DNA from: Felis catus
Lineage: Eukaryota
DNA: 64,000 nt
Assembly: GCF_018350175.1 (NCBI RefSeq)
Contig: NC_058368.1
Span: forward strand, 9,114,001 to 9,178,000
Direction: 5' to 3'
In this document: piece after piece, positions 37,729 to 49,409 of the stretch
Position numbering within the stretch: position 1 is the first letter of the stretch
Layout: every line of letters begins with the position of its first letter
Made by a program: the position numbers and the translations under genes
The notes under the pieces: model-generated
Told to the model about the DNA's origin: nothing
The model's input: only the letters and a program-made list of their open reading frames with translations
Database searches by the model: none

Positions 37729-38859
37729 TTATCATTTATTGTAGCAAGATACATTTTATATATGTTTTAACTCTCCAATTAAATCATGGTCTTTGAGGAT
37801 GGAAAATCAATCTTAAAACTTCTTAATAGTTCTCTCAGAAGTTGCTAACATATCAATAAGCACAGTTGTGGAGATGAGGTGCCTTTGGCTGTTTTGTGTT
37901 TCCCAATTAAACCTTCATTTCAGATCAAAAGAAGAAAAACATGTATATTTAATTAATGCACATAGTTAACCTCATATGATTAACTGTGCCTGAAAAATAG
38001 TAGGTACATAATATACTGGAAGATGAATGAATAATGTACTAGAATATGCCAGACTAGAGACAACATTCCTAGAATATTTCAATAATGTACATGTAACAGT
38101 ATATCCACGAAGGAGATCTACCAACAATTACCAAGAAGAAAGTGCATTTTAATATTTTTTACTGTTATACAGTTAGGTGATGATAGACTATTTTCCACAC
38201 ACAACTATCTTGCAATATAAACCCTGACACAGACCACAGTGAGAGTGAAAAACAGTTGCCCTGAAAAGGGAAAAAAGAAAAAGACATTCAAAAATCATTC
38301 TATTCTTTACAATATGTTTGTCAGTCAACTCATTATTCAAAAGTGATAGCACGCTCTCCTATTTAGGAAGAATACATTTGTCTGTCCATGAAGAAACCGA
38401 TTGTTCCAGGCTGCCTGTGCTGTGCAGTCCTATTCAGCTTGCACAGACAATTTGCATCAACCTGTGACTAGGGATACTGTCACTTAGTGGTGCCCCAGAT
38501 AGCCATGACCTCATGTGCTCTTAATACTGAGGTTCTCATTTATAAATTACTGTCTCTGGAATACCCATGGATTCTTACTTGAATACAAGTATGCTTTAAT
38601 TATTATTTATTAAATTTTGAAACTTTAACAAATAATCTATCAGTTCACTTAGGATTAGGATGACAAATTATTCAGCAGCACAGTTGTACATAACAAAAAG
38701 GGAACGAAACAGGCAAATGTGATAAACGCATCAACATCGGCATATAATATTAAGTACGATTTTCAGTACAACACAGCATAAGATCTATGCAGGATATACT
38801 ATCCAAGAATGTTAGATCTAAGAATGTTAATTAACATAATCATCAAATGCTAGTCACTG

Positions 38860-39215
38860 GAGATGAATGCATCTTAAAAAAACAAACCCTGAATGTCCAT
38901 AAAGAGTTGGTACAGAACATAAATCCAGCAACATCAGAACATTTAGTATTACAATACAGAAAGCAAAACAAATGATAGCAGATGGTTTCAAAGAGGGGAA
39001 ACAGAGAACTGCAGGGCAGTAAAGTCCAAATTATAAATAAAAGGGAAATGTTCAGAAAGAAATAGTTAAGGAAAAGGTCAGATGAACTCCTGGAAGAAAG
39101 TAAATGACTAATAGCAAAAGAAGAAATGTTTATCAACAGGAAAGATTGTTATGAGTAGATTAGACAATTATCTGAAGACATGAACAAGAAAAGATCAGGA
39201 AGTATCGTTGCCAGA
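38860..39215 (+). mobile_element. Possible ancient RTE-type (L4-like) LINE ORF remnant
   Basis: Purine-rich, stop-interrupted frames HKELVQNINPATSEHLVLQYRKQNK* and AKEEMFINRKDCYE*IRQLSEDMNKKRSG loosely resemble the RTE EN-RT linker. Confidence 0.3.
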
Positions 39216-39988
39216 CAAATAATTCAGGAACTAAAGGACCCCCAGCACTGAGCTGCAAATACCACATTACGCTTTTTGCAAATTTAGAAACTTAGGCTCC
39301 GAGATAAAGAAACGTCGTGTAAGGTTATAAAGGAACCAGAAGATAGAACTCTTCACTTGAGCAGTTAAGTGTCACTTGGACTATCTGCTGAGCAAGGCTT
39401 TTTTTTTTTTTTTTAAACCAGTGAACTAGCCTATGCTCATGTGTATTAAATAACCATCTGCAGAATATGTGAGAAATTTCAGAAGTCGCTAACTTCTATC
39501 AACAATAACAGAGTAATTAACACCATAAAACAGATACAAAAGTCTGGGAAAGATATTTAATGAGTCTCTGGACCTCTTACTATAAGAACTAATGACAGTG
39601 TTCCTATCACTTTCGTTTCCTATATCAGATTTTATTTTCAGAATATTCATGACATTAGTGTGTGAAAAATTACTAATCCCTAAGGAACTGTCCTTACTTT
39701 ATCCTCAAAGTTTTATAAAGTAGGACTATGGCATAAAAGATGATATTTTAGGTAATATAATAAGATTATTTTTTCCCAGTTTTCTGCAGAAGCAAATGAA
39801 GCTAAGAGGCACTCCCTATTAACACCGCAACTACCACCCTGCATCTTACACACACACTCGCACGCACACGCTCGTACCCATATGTATGTTGACCCTTCTA
39901 GCTCACTTCTGTTTGTCAGGTGACAAATAGGCACCCTGTAAAGGTTAATGTAGAGAATACAATAATGATTCTAGAAGGTAGAAGAAGA

Positions 39989-40500
39989 GGGGCACCCAGG
40001 TGGCTCAGTCGGTTAAGCATCTGACTTCAGCTCAGGTCATCATGATCTCGCGGTCCGTGAGTTCAAGCCCCGCATTGGCCTCTGTGCTGACAGCTCCAAG
40101 CCTGGAAGCTGCCTCAGATTCTGTGTCTCCCTCTCTCTCTGCCTCTCCCCTGCTCATGCTCTGTCTCTGTCTCAAAAATAAATAATAAACATTTTTTAAA
40201 AAGTTAGAAGATACGAAGAACACAGATTCCTCAACAAGGGAGGCTGCTAGTGGATATGATTTTAAATATTATTTTGAGGGGTGCCTGGGTGGCACAGTCA
40301 GTTAAACATCTAACTCTTGATCTCAGCTCAGGTTATGATCTCACAGTTTGTGAGTTCAAGCCCCGCATGGGGCTCTGTGCTGATGGTGCGGAGCCTGCTT
40401 GGGATTCTCTCTCCCTCTCTCTGCCCCTCCCCGGCTTGTGCACGTGCTCTCTCAAAATAAATTAAAAAAATTTTTTTTAATTTTAAATAAAAAAATAATA
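39989..40500 (+). mobile_element. Two Can-SINEs (39989-40200; 40278-40500)
   Basis: Full bodies; the second has TSD aaatattattttga. Confidence 0.93.
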
Positions 40501-41198
40501 AAATATTATTTTGATCACAACTATTTTTTCCATAGCTCCTCAGTTACCAGATTTTATTAATTTTTCTTCTGCGGTGTTTACTGCATTTATTTTTTCCCTA
40601 CCCCTTGCCCCCATTCTGTCAACATCCTAGCTGTCACTCTGTCAACATCCTAGTTTAGACTCTTACCAGTAGTCTCCTGCTAATTGGTCTTCCTGGGTGT
40701 TCTGTGCCACCCCCCTTCCCCCGTGCCATTCTTAATTCTTGTACTACAACTCATCCACGCAACAAATATTTGTCGGACACTTACTGCTGGCCTACTATGT
40801 GAATGCTTAAATATTTAAGACCTACAAAATCAAGGGAAATTAGCAGGTACACTTTAGTATGTGCTTCTAAGATCATGAAATTGGCTATATATCTGATTAT
40901 GTTTTCTGGCAGCAGTTTTGGGGAAGAACTGAATGCATTAGGCCTATGAAATAACAAAGGCAGGATTCCACCCAAAGTTACTGTTACAGTTCTTACCTAT
41001 TGAAGCCAACAATCCTTGGCAGTCTTAAGCTGCTAACACTGCAACCATTCATTTCACATTTGAGTGTTCAGGCTGTTCACTCATGATTGGAGTTAGGGAT
41101 TTTGGTTCCATATACTTACACATAAGCTTTTATGTATACAGGATCTAATGCCTTCGAGGAACAGCTCTACGATACATGGCTTTAATTTAGCAAATACT

Positions 41199-41645
41199 GG
41201 GGCGCCTGGGTGGCTCAGTCAGTTGAGCGTCTGACTTCGGCTCAGGTCATGATCTCGCAGTGAGTTCGAGCCCCACATCAGGCTCTGGGCCAACGGCTCA
41301 GACCCTGGAGCCTGCTTCGGATTCTGTGTCTCCTTCTCCCTCTGCCCCTTCCCCACTTGTGCTCTGTCTCTCTCCATCAAAAATAAACAAAATATTTTAA
41401 AAAAATTTTTTTAGGGGCGCCTGGGTGGCGCAGTCGGTTAAGTGTCCGACTTCAGCCAGGTCACGATCTCGCGGTCCGTGAGTTCGAGTCCCGCGTCAGG
41501 CTCTGGGCTGATGGCTCGGAGCCTGGAGCCTGTTTCTGATTCTGTGTCTCCCTCTCTCTCTGCCCCTCCCCCATTCATGTTCTGTCTCTCTCTGTCCCAA
41601 AAATAAATAAAAACGTTGAAAAAAAATTTTTTTTAATAAAAAAAA
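41199..41645 (+). mobile_element. Tandem Can-SINEs: young SINEC_Fc (41414-41640) in the tail of an older copy (41199-41410)
   Basis: Outer TSD-like aatttagcaaat(a/g)ct. Inner copy has diagnostic acttcagccaggtcacg. Confidence 0.93.
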
Positions 41646-41879
41646 CTAAAAAAATTTAGCAAATGCTAAATAATTTGGATTCCAACCAATCCTAATTAAT
41701 AAACTTTTATGTCCCCAAGTTTCATTTGTACATCCATTGTTTGTGACCTGAATTACATTTCTATAGAAAAAAGTCTATATATGGCTTGTCAGTTTCCCAG
41801 AGAATTCCTTTGTCTATTTAATCTAATAATAAGACTACATATACCTAACATGCAGTGAAAAGTAGTAACACTATTAATA

Positions 41880-42125
41880 ATCACAAACACATATAACTCT
41901 TACTATGTCCTAAAAGATCCTCTTTTAGGTATTTTACATATATTGACTCATTTACTCTTGACAGCGACCCTACAGGAAAGTTATTATTATGTCCATGTTT
42001 ATAGAGGAGGAAACTCAAGCAGAGACTCTAGAACCTGCCCAAGGTCCAACAGTTAAGTACCACCAGAACTGGGTTTCGATCCAATCCTGGCTCCCAGCTT
42101 TGTGCTTTAAGCCACTATGTTAAAC
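41880..42125 (-). mobile_element. MIR
   Basis: ttactatgtcc...tatattgactcattta...agaggaggaaactcaagcagag...acctgcccaaggtc. Confidence 0.75.
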
Positions 42126-42438
42126 TGCCTATAACTATTAAAAAGTTTTAGTTAACTCTGTAGAGCAGTCAAATTTTTTAAAGTACACCAGGGTTTCACT
42201 TCAAATGACTCCTCTGATATTTCAGGTTCTTCTGAAGTTGAATGGTTTTATTACTTGTCTCATTGCTATTTACTTACTGAATTGCTCGCATACCTTTATA
42301 CAGAATTTACTTCAGGATTAGCTATATGGTCAAAGATTCTGGGTAAGCTGAAGCTCTTGGACTGCCCCATTCATTTCCAAAATATAGGCTCCCTAAATAA
42401 ATAAACCTGACTTGTTCTGGCTTTAAAAACAAAAAACA

Positions 42439-42700
42439 GGGGCGCCTGGGTGGCGCAGTCGGTTGGGCGTCCGGCTTCAGCCAGGTCACGATCTCGCGGC
42501 CCGTGAGTTCGAGCCCCGCGTCGGGCTCTGGGCTGATGGCTCGGAGCCCGGAGCCTGTTTACGATTCTCTGTCTCCCTCTCTCTCTGCCCCTCCCCTGTT
42601 CATGCTCTGTCTCTCTCTGTCCCAAAAATAAATAAAAACGTTGAAAAAAAAATTAAAAAAAAAAAAAACAAAAACAAAAAACAAAACACAAAACAAAAAC
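42439..42700 (+). mobile_element. Young SINEC_Fc
   Basis: CpG-rich body, long A/(A)nC tail. Confidence 0.95.
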
Positions 42701-43535
42701 CCAACAATCTGTTAGAAAGTTAACTGTAAGGGAAAATATTGCCACAACTTCCATAAATCACTCTGGAAATATACTGAATTAACTTCTGATTCCAGTTCTA
42801 AGTGTTGTCTTGTACATTTACTGAAGGCAGGGTTATAGCTGGATAGTTTCATCCATTTTCTGTAAATTTCCCTCCACCACTGACTGCTCTTGGTAACACC
42901 AATCTTGGTAGCACCATCCACTTACCCCAAGAATGTTTTCTGGAAGCAGTTTTGGGGAAGAACTAAAGGCATCGGGCCTACAAAATCACAAAAGCAGAAT
43001 TCCACCCAAAGAAACTACGAACATAGGTTCAAATCAGAAAAATTTATTGCTATGCATTTGAGGGTAGTTTTTCCATGAAGACAAGACTGAGGTGGGGGTG
43101 AAGGGCTTGGAAGATGGAGCAAAAGCTTAATGATGATTCAAACTAGGGAGAAAGAAATGGAGACAGAGTCCCCAAGGAAAAGGGAAAAGAAATCACTGAC
43201 TCAAAGATCAGGGGTGTAGTATGGACCTTCTGTTGACCTGATAACTTGTGGACAATTGAGGTCAACAATCCCAGATGCTCGGACCACCTTCTATGGGGGC
43301 AGGAGTGCGAAATAAAAATCTTGTCCTCAACCCAGGTATAAGTGAACAGACCAGTGGGAAATTTCCCTCCAGGTAGAACAACAGTGGACACATGACTGAT
43401 CACACTATATGACCCCTCAAATTAGGGACAATGCCTTTTCTCCCTTGACTTGCTACTTGACTTCAGAGTAATCAAATCTGTCTAAAAACAGTATGTCATT
43501 CCTTGGGAATCATCCTGGTATTCTAAAAATTGTAC

Positions 43536-43718
43536 TTTTTTTTTTTTTTAAGTTTTATTTTGAGAGAGAGAGAGGGGGATGGAGGGAGAGAGGGGTGGAG
43601 GAGAGGCAGAGAGCGAGAGAGAAAGAATCCCAAGCAGGCTCTGTGCTCTCAGTGCAGAGCCCCACACGGGGCTCTATCTCACAAACCACAAGATCATGAT
43701 CTGAGCTGAAATCAAATG
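43536..43718 (-). mobile_element. Partial Can-SINE
   Basis: T-tail, GA-rich part, gaatcccaagcaggctctg...gatcatgatctgagctgaaatcaa; 5' head missing. Confidence 0.85.
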
Positions 43719-44909
43719 TTGGTTAAGTAAAATATGTCTGAAAGGTGCAGACAGAATCCTAGAATTAAAGGAGTGCAATGTCACTGTAGGATATTTTTGT
43801 CAAGATAGGGTTATCTGGTGAACACTGGTAATCTCCTTTCAGGTCTCCTAACACATTTATGTCCACTGGCCAGGGCAGCGCTGGAGACAGACCATTACTC
43901 TTCTAATTGCACACAGATATTCCCCAATACATGTTCAAATCTACAGTTTCATTCACATTACATACATGACCTCCATGCATTAGGGAGGCACTTTAAGAAC
44001 TGTTACTTTACCTTTTACAGCTACTGCAAAGATCAAATAAAGTATGAACATGTAGTGTAAATCCTAAGACCTTAAAATACTGTTAGTCTCATATTTATAT
44101 AAAAGATATACTTAGCTTCAAATAAAATAGCAGCCCTTGATTTTTCCCTTTCCTAACCTTGCTCAGTTACTTCTTACTTTATATGGGAGGTCTAACATAC
44201 ATGTAAGCCTATAAATCCTCTGAATAGGAGTTAAACTTGTAAGTAAGGTGTAACTCCTCAATTAGATTATAAACTCCTCAAGGGCAAGAATCACAATATC
44301 TTCTGTTCCTTTTGTGTCTTTACTTCCTTCTACTTGCTTTCACCATTAGCCAGCTTTTCACAGAGTGGGTATTTGTGGTGGCATTATTAATATCCTGAAT
44401 GCAGGCGTGGTGGAAGCACTGAGCCACCTGATTATCTTCCCCAATGTGCGTCAGTAAAATCATCAGGGGGCCATTAGAGAGGAAGACGAAAATACCATGA
44501 TTACCATGATCGCCAATGCATGATTTCTACAGGAACCACTCACAAGGCAGCTCTAAAAAGCAGCAGCTATAGCCCATATGCTTACTAACCATCCTTCTTC
44601 CAAAGAGTCAAGGTCCTTGAACACCTACAATCATTCTATACACTTTTTCAGTCTTTAAACCATTATTATTTTGATAATTTAAATCTGAATAAGGTAGCCT
44701 TAAGCACATATAATAAGAAGATGTAGAAAACAAAGACTCCTAGGTATACAATTGCACAGCTATTACACAAAGAACACATATATGAATTACTTTTCAAACG
44801 AGGGAACTTAGCAAAGAAGTTGAATTGTAGGATCTTCGTAAGCGCTCATCAAACTTTACCATTCTAGTAATTTTTGACATGGTTGATATTATTGGTGGTG
44901 GTGCTCATA

Positions 44910-45090
44910 ATAACACTAAGATTTACTGACTGCTTACCATGTGTCAGAAACTATGCTAACTACAATTACATGAAAAGGATATTATTATCTTTATTTTCCA
45001 GATGGGGAAACTGAGGCCTAACTGAGATTAAACGTCTTGCCAAGGTCAAGTAGAAGATTGAATACAGCTCTGACTATCTCTGAACCATGA
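44910..45090 (-). mobile_element. MIR
   Basis: ttactgactgcttaccatgtgtcag...cagatggggaaactgaggc...cttgccaaggtca. Confidence 0.8.
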
Positions 45091-45104
45091 ACTTAGACTG
45101 AGAT

Positions 45105-45329
45105 AGGGTTTCTTAACCTCGGCATGACTGAAGATTTTAGAATGGACAATTTTGTGCTGTGAGGGGCTGTTTTGTGCACTGGAGGCTGTGTAGTATCATC
45201 CCTAGTCTCTCTCTCTACTAAATGCCAGTGGCACCTCACCCTCTAAGAAGTAATGGCAACAAAAAAATGTCCCCAGACATTGCCAAATGTCTCCTAGGGG
45301 GGCAGTATCATCTTGGTTGAGAAACACTA
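45105..45329. mobile_element. MER20 (hAT-Charlie)
   Basis: gggtttcttaacctcggca...aaaaatgtccccagacattgccaaatgtctcctagggg...ggttgagaaacact. Confidence 0.9.
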
Positions 45330-45922
45330 GACTAAGCACTTTAACCTGTTGAATCATCAAGACCACATTTTGGAGAAATCCAAGGCAACGAGTAACTTCA
45401 TGTGTTAAACTACACAGCAAAAAGGATATTTCAAACCATTTGAAATAAGAATAACTAAAGATATTCTATGGGTAAGTAAAAATGTTTTGATGGTATTTAA
45501 ACTCAATAAATTACACTACTGTATTTTATTTCCTTCCATATACAAAGACTATAGAGTTTATCATCATTTTATTTCAGACTTTGTTTTGAATGACTTTTGC
45601 TTGCTTTCAAAATAAGACCAAATCTTAAAGGACAACATTTGCCACAACTGTGGGTACCGAAAGAAAAATCCAAAGAGTAAAAGTATTTTACACAATGGCA
45701 GGATAAATGGGTGTAGGATAAAAATTCCTAAAATGATTCTGTGATGAGGGCAAAAGGGAAGGAACGACTATATTACTATCTAAAGGTTTCAAGAGTTTAT
45801 TTCAAAATCCAACTGCCGAACAGTCATTCTTTATCATGTTTATATTTATGATCTTACAAGGGTTTTACTTCTCCAAACACCCTACAGTCAATCCAAACGG
45901 ATAAATCACTGAGTTTCACAAT

Positions 45923-46143
45923 TTTATTTATTTATGTTTTTTAATGTTTGTTTATTTTTGACAGAGAGAGACAGAGCATGAGTGGGGGAGGGGCAGAGAG
46001 AGAGGGAGACACAGAATCGGAAGCAGGCCCCAGGCTCTGAGCTGTCAGCACAGAGCCTGACACGGAGCAGGAACCCACAAACCGCGAGATCATGACCTGA
46101 GCCGAAGTCGGACGCTCAACCGACTGAGCCACCCAGGCACCCC
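45923..46143 (-). mobile_element. Can-SINE (SINEC_Fc type)
   Basis: Full reverse body; TSD tga(g/a)tttcacaatttta. Confidence 0.95.
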
Positions 46144-46665
46144 TGAATTTCACAATTTTAAAATGTCTTTCGAAATACCAGTTTTTGACATTTTCTTCTA
46201 CTATATATTTGACAAAAGATACCAACAAAGTAATATGACTGATAGCTTTAAATTACAGCTCATTTCCCCTTCTGGCCCTAATTAAGTGAATGAGGAGAGG
46301 TTTAAATTCCAGACCCTAGATGAATGAGTAAGCTCTGATAGCGGATAGGTGGACAGATTTCAGGAGCAAGACGAGCTTAGATGGTGTAAACCCTTCTGGA
46401 GGGTCATTTGGTGATTAGCAGTCATGATCTGTAAAAACCGGTCCCCCTCTTTTACTGATAGATCCCACTCCTATAAATTCATTTGATGTAAGTTGTTAAA
46501 AAAAAAAACAAAAGAAGCAGAGGAAACGAAGCTATGACATATAAAAATGTTTACTTCTAAAAAACCCCAACAATGTATAGATTTAATATCCAAAAAAAGA
46601 AAAAGGTGAAAAATAGGCAGACCAAGTTGATGGAACATTATACAGTTATAAAAATTTATAAAATA

Positions 46666-46737
46666 TGGGAAAATATGGACCCATTCTAGAATAAACTGGT
46701 GTGGGAAAATATGGACCCATTCTAGAATAAACTGGTG
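46666..46737. repeat. Perfect 36-bp tandem duplication
   Basis: tgggaaaatatggacccattctagaataaactggtg x2. Confidence 0.97.
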
Positions 46738-47258
46738 TGCATCCTAATTAGCAGATTGTATCGTCTGTTAGTAAATTACATGCAAGTCATTCAATTAGAT
46801 AAAACTGTCATGGAGGGAAAAAAGTCCTTTACTCAATTAGTGGGTAGTTACTTCCTCTTTCATACTGATTGACATACTAACCTTTACATTAGTCTACTTT
46901 AGAAAAAAATAGTAATAATAACCAGAAAATATGTAATGCCAGGCTGGAAAACGGGGTGTATTACTCTTGCCAATTCCTACTGATTTATAGCAGATGCCAA
47001 AAATGCTCCATTAGGAGGGATTCCACAGCCGTCTCTGGGCTCAGTATAACATGAGTTGTGATTAATTATCCACGTCTATCATGGGCAACGGGTAGGGCTC
47101 GGGGGCCGGGGGAGCAAAGCTGTGGCGCAACGATGCCATGTATTTACTGATCCCAGTCTAACGCTTTTTTTAATTATCCCCAAATCTCTGCTTCATTATA
47201 CATTAAGTGAGGAGTTCTTTAGCTTAAATACATATTGCATTAAAAAAGCACTTTCTTT

Positions 47259-47455
47259 GGGGTGCTTGGGTGGCTCAGTCGGTTAAGCATCCGACTCTTG
47301 GTTTCAGCCCAGGTCATCATCTCGTGGTTCCTGAGTTCAAGCCCTGCTCTGGGCTCTGTACAGACAGTGCGGAGCCTGCTCGGATTCTCTCTCTTTCCCT
47401 CTCATTCTGCCCCTCCCATGCACGCTAAGTAAATAAACTTAAAACAAAACAAAAC
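47259..47455 (+). mobile_element. Can-SINE (older subfamily)
   Basis: ggggtgcttgggtggctcagtcggttaagcatccgactcttg. Confidence 0.9.
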
Positions 47456-47804
47456 CACTTTCTTCATTCTGAAATCTGTCTCTGTGTAACACATGGCCAT
47501 TCCCTGAAAAGACATGCTGTCTTTGCCTTTGTCATCGCTCCTGACCCAGTGATACACGTGCATACTCCTAATTCAGTTTTTTGTCTTGTGACTGCTGAGG
47601 CTTTACGCAGTAGCTTGCGTGTCAACGAAGCAGTTCTAGGCTTCACAATAACATCTATCTTTTTTCCTACTGTGGGGCTGTTATTTCCCAATTCATATTT
47701 AATATACTTCATATTGAAGTATTATATTACTTCACTGATAATTATCAGTGTAAGTTTTATGTAATCTAACTACAGACTGAATTATTTCTCATGAAAATTT
47801 AACA

Positions 47805-48021
47805 CCTAAATTGAAATGTGCTGTAAATAGATTTCAAAAACTTGGTATGAAAAAAATGTAAAATACCATTAATAATTTTATTTTAATTATATGCTGAGAT
47901 AATATTTTTATATATCAGGTTAAAAACATTAATTTCAACCATTTCTTTTACTTTTTAAATGTGGCTACTAGAAAATTTTTAATTATATTTATTGTTGCAC
48001 TGTATTTTTACTGACAGTGCT
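47805..48021. mobile_element. MER33-like hAT-Charlie fragment
   Basis: tgaaatgtgctgtaaa...gatttcaaaaacttggta...ttttaaatgtggctactagaaaatttt...gacagtgct. Confidence 0.8.
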
Positions 48022-48111
48022 ATTCTTTAAATAATCATTTTACCAAATTGTGAACAGGAGTTATGACATTCAAAATTCCCTATATTTACTTACTATACTA
48101 CTTGGTATCTC

Positions 48112-48697
48112 CTTTTTTAAAAAAATATTTATTTTGAGAGAGAGAGAGAGAGAGAGAGCGAGCAAGCGTGAGCACATGCAAGCAGGGGTGGACCAGAGAG
48201 GGAGACAGGGTCTGAAGCAGGCTCCGAACTCTGAGCTGTCAGCACAGAGCCTGACAGGAGGCTCGAACTCACAAACTGCAAGATCATGAGCCCGAGTTGG
48301 ATGCTTAACGCTTAACCGACTGAGCCACCCAGGCGCCCCTTGATACCTCTTTTATAAACGCCTATGTAAGGATTTCAGACTTAGTACCAGGAAAAACAAT
48401 TTCCTTTTCCTAAGCAACTGGTAAAATTTGCTTTACAGTGTTAACCTTATTAACCTCATTAAAAAAATGAGGCATGGGGCGCCTGGGTGGCTCAGTCGGT
48501 TAAGCGGCCGACTTCGGCTCAGGTCATGATCTCGCGGTCCGTGAGTTCGAGCCCCGCGTCGGGCTCTGTACCGATGGCTCAGAGCATGGAGCCTGTTTCA
48601 GATTCTGTGTCTCCCTCTCTCTGACCCTCCCCCGTTCATGCTCTGTCTCTGTCTCAAAAATAAATAAAAACGTTAAAAAAAAAATTAAAAAAAAAAA
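48112..48697. mobile_element. Head-to-head Can-SINEs (- at 48112-48339; + at 48476-48697)
   Basis: Both full length, separated by about 135 bp. Confidence 0.93.
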
Positions 48698-49153
48698 TGA
48701 GGTATCTCTTTTTGCTTTGCCCCCTGGAAAAAAGTATTTTACCTTACTTTCTCTTTGCTGATTTTATTTTTCTTTTCGAAAGACACACTTTTTTTTTTTT
48801 TTTTTTTTTTGGTAATGAGTTAAGAAGTAACCCTATATAAGAATCAGAGCCTAGATAAATATTAAAAACAATTTCAGGCAAAGGCAAACTTAGGGAAAAT
48901 ACTAAAAACTGTATCCAAATCTTCAAAATGCTATTTCTCATTTTCTAATTCACTCCGCATAGTTCATTCATTTCAATGAAAATAAAGTAACCTTAATTAA
49001 TACACCACAATACTCTAAAATACTTTGGAGAAGGAGAATCAAATCACTTTTGAAATAAGATGAAAATCCTTAGAGGAAAAAGGTGTCATTAGTGATTATT
49101 AGTGACACTGTTCTAATGAAATAATGTTCATGGTTACAAAAGAAGGAATTCCA

Positions 49154-49361
49154 GGGGCACCTGAGTGGCTCAGTCGGTTAAGGGTCTGACTTCTGCTCAG
49201 GTCATGATCTCGTGGCTTGTGAGTTCGAGCCCCGTGTCAGGCTCTGGGCTGACAGCTCAGAGCCTGGATGGAGACTGCTTCGGATTCTGTGTCTCCCTCT
49301 GTCTGCCCCTCCGCTGCTTGCACTCTGTCTCTCGCATTGTCTCAAAAAGTAAATAAACATT

Positions 49362-49406
<45 letters not shown>
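49154..49406 (+). mobile_element. Can-SINE with (CA)n tail (49364-49406)
   Basis: TSD aagaaggaat(t/c)cca encloses both SINE and microsatellite. Confidence 0.93.
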
Positions 49407-49409
<3 letters not shown>

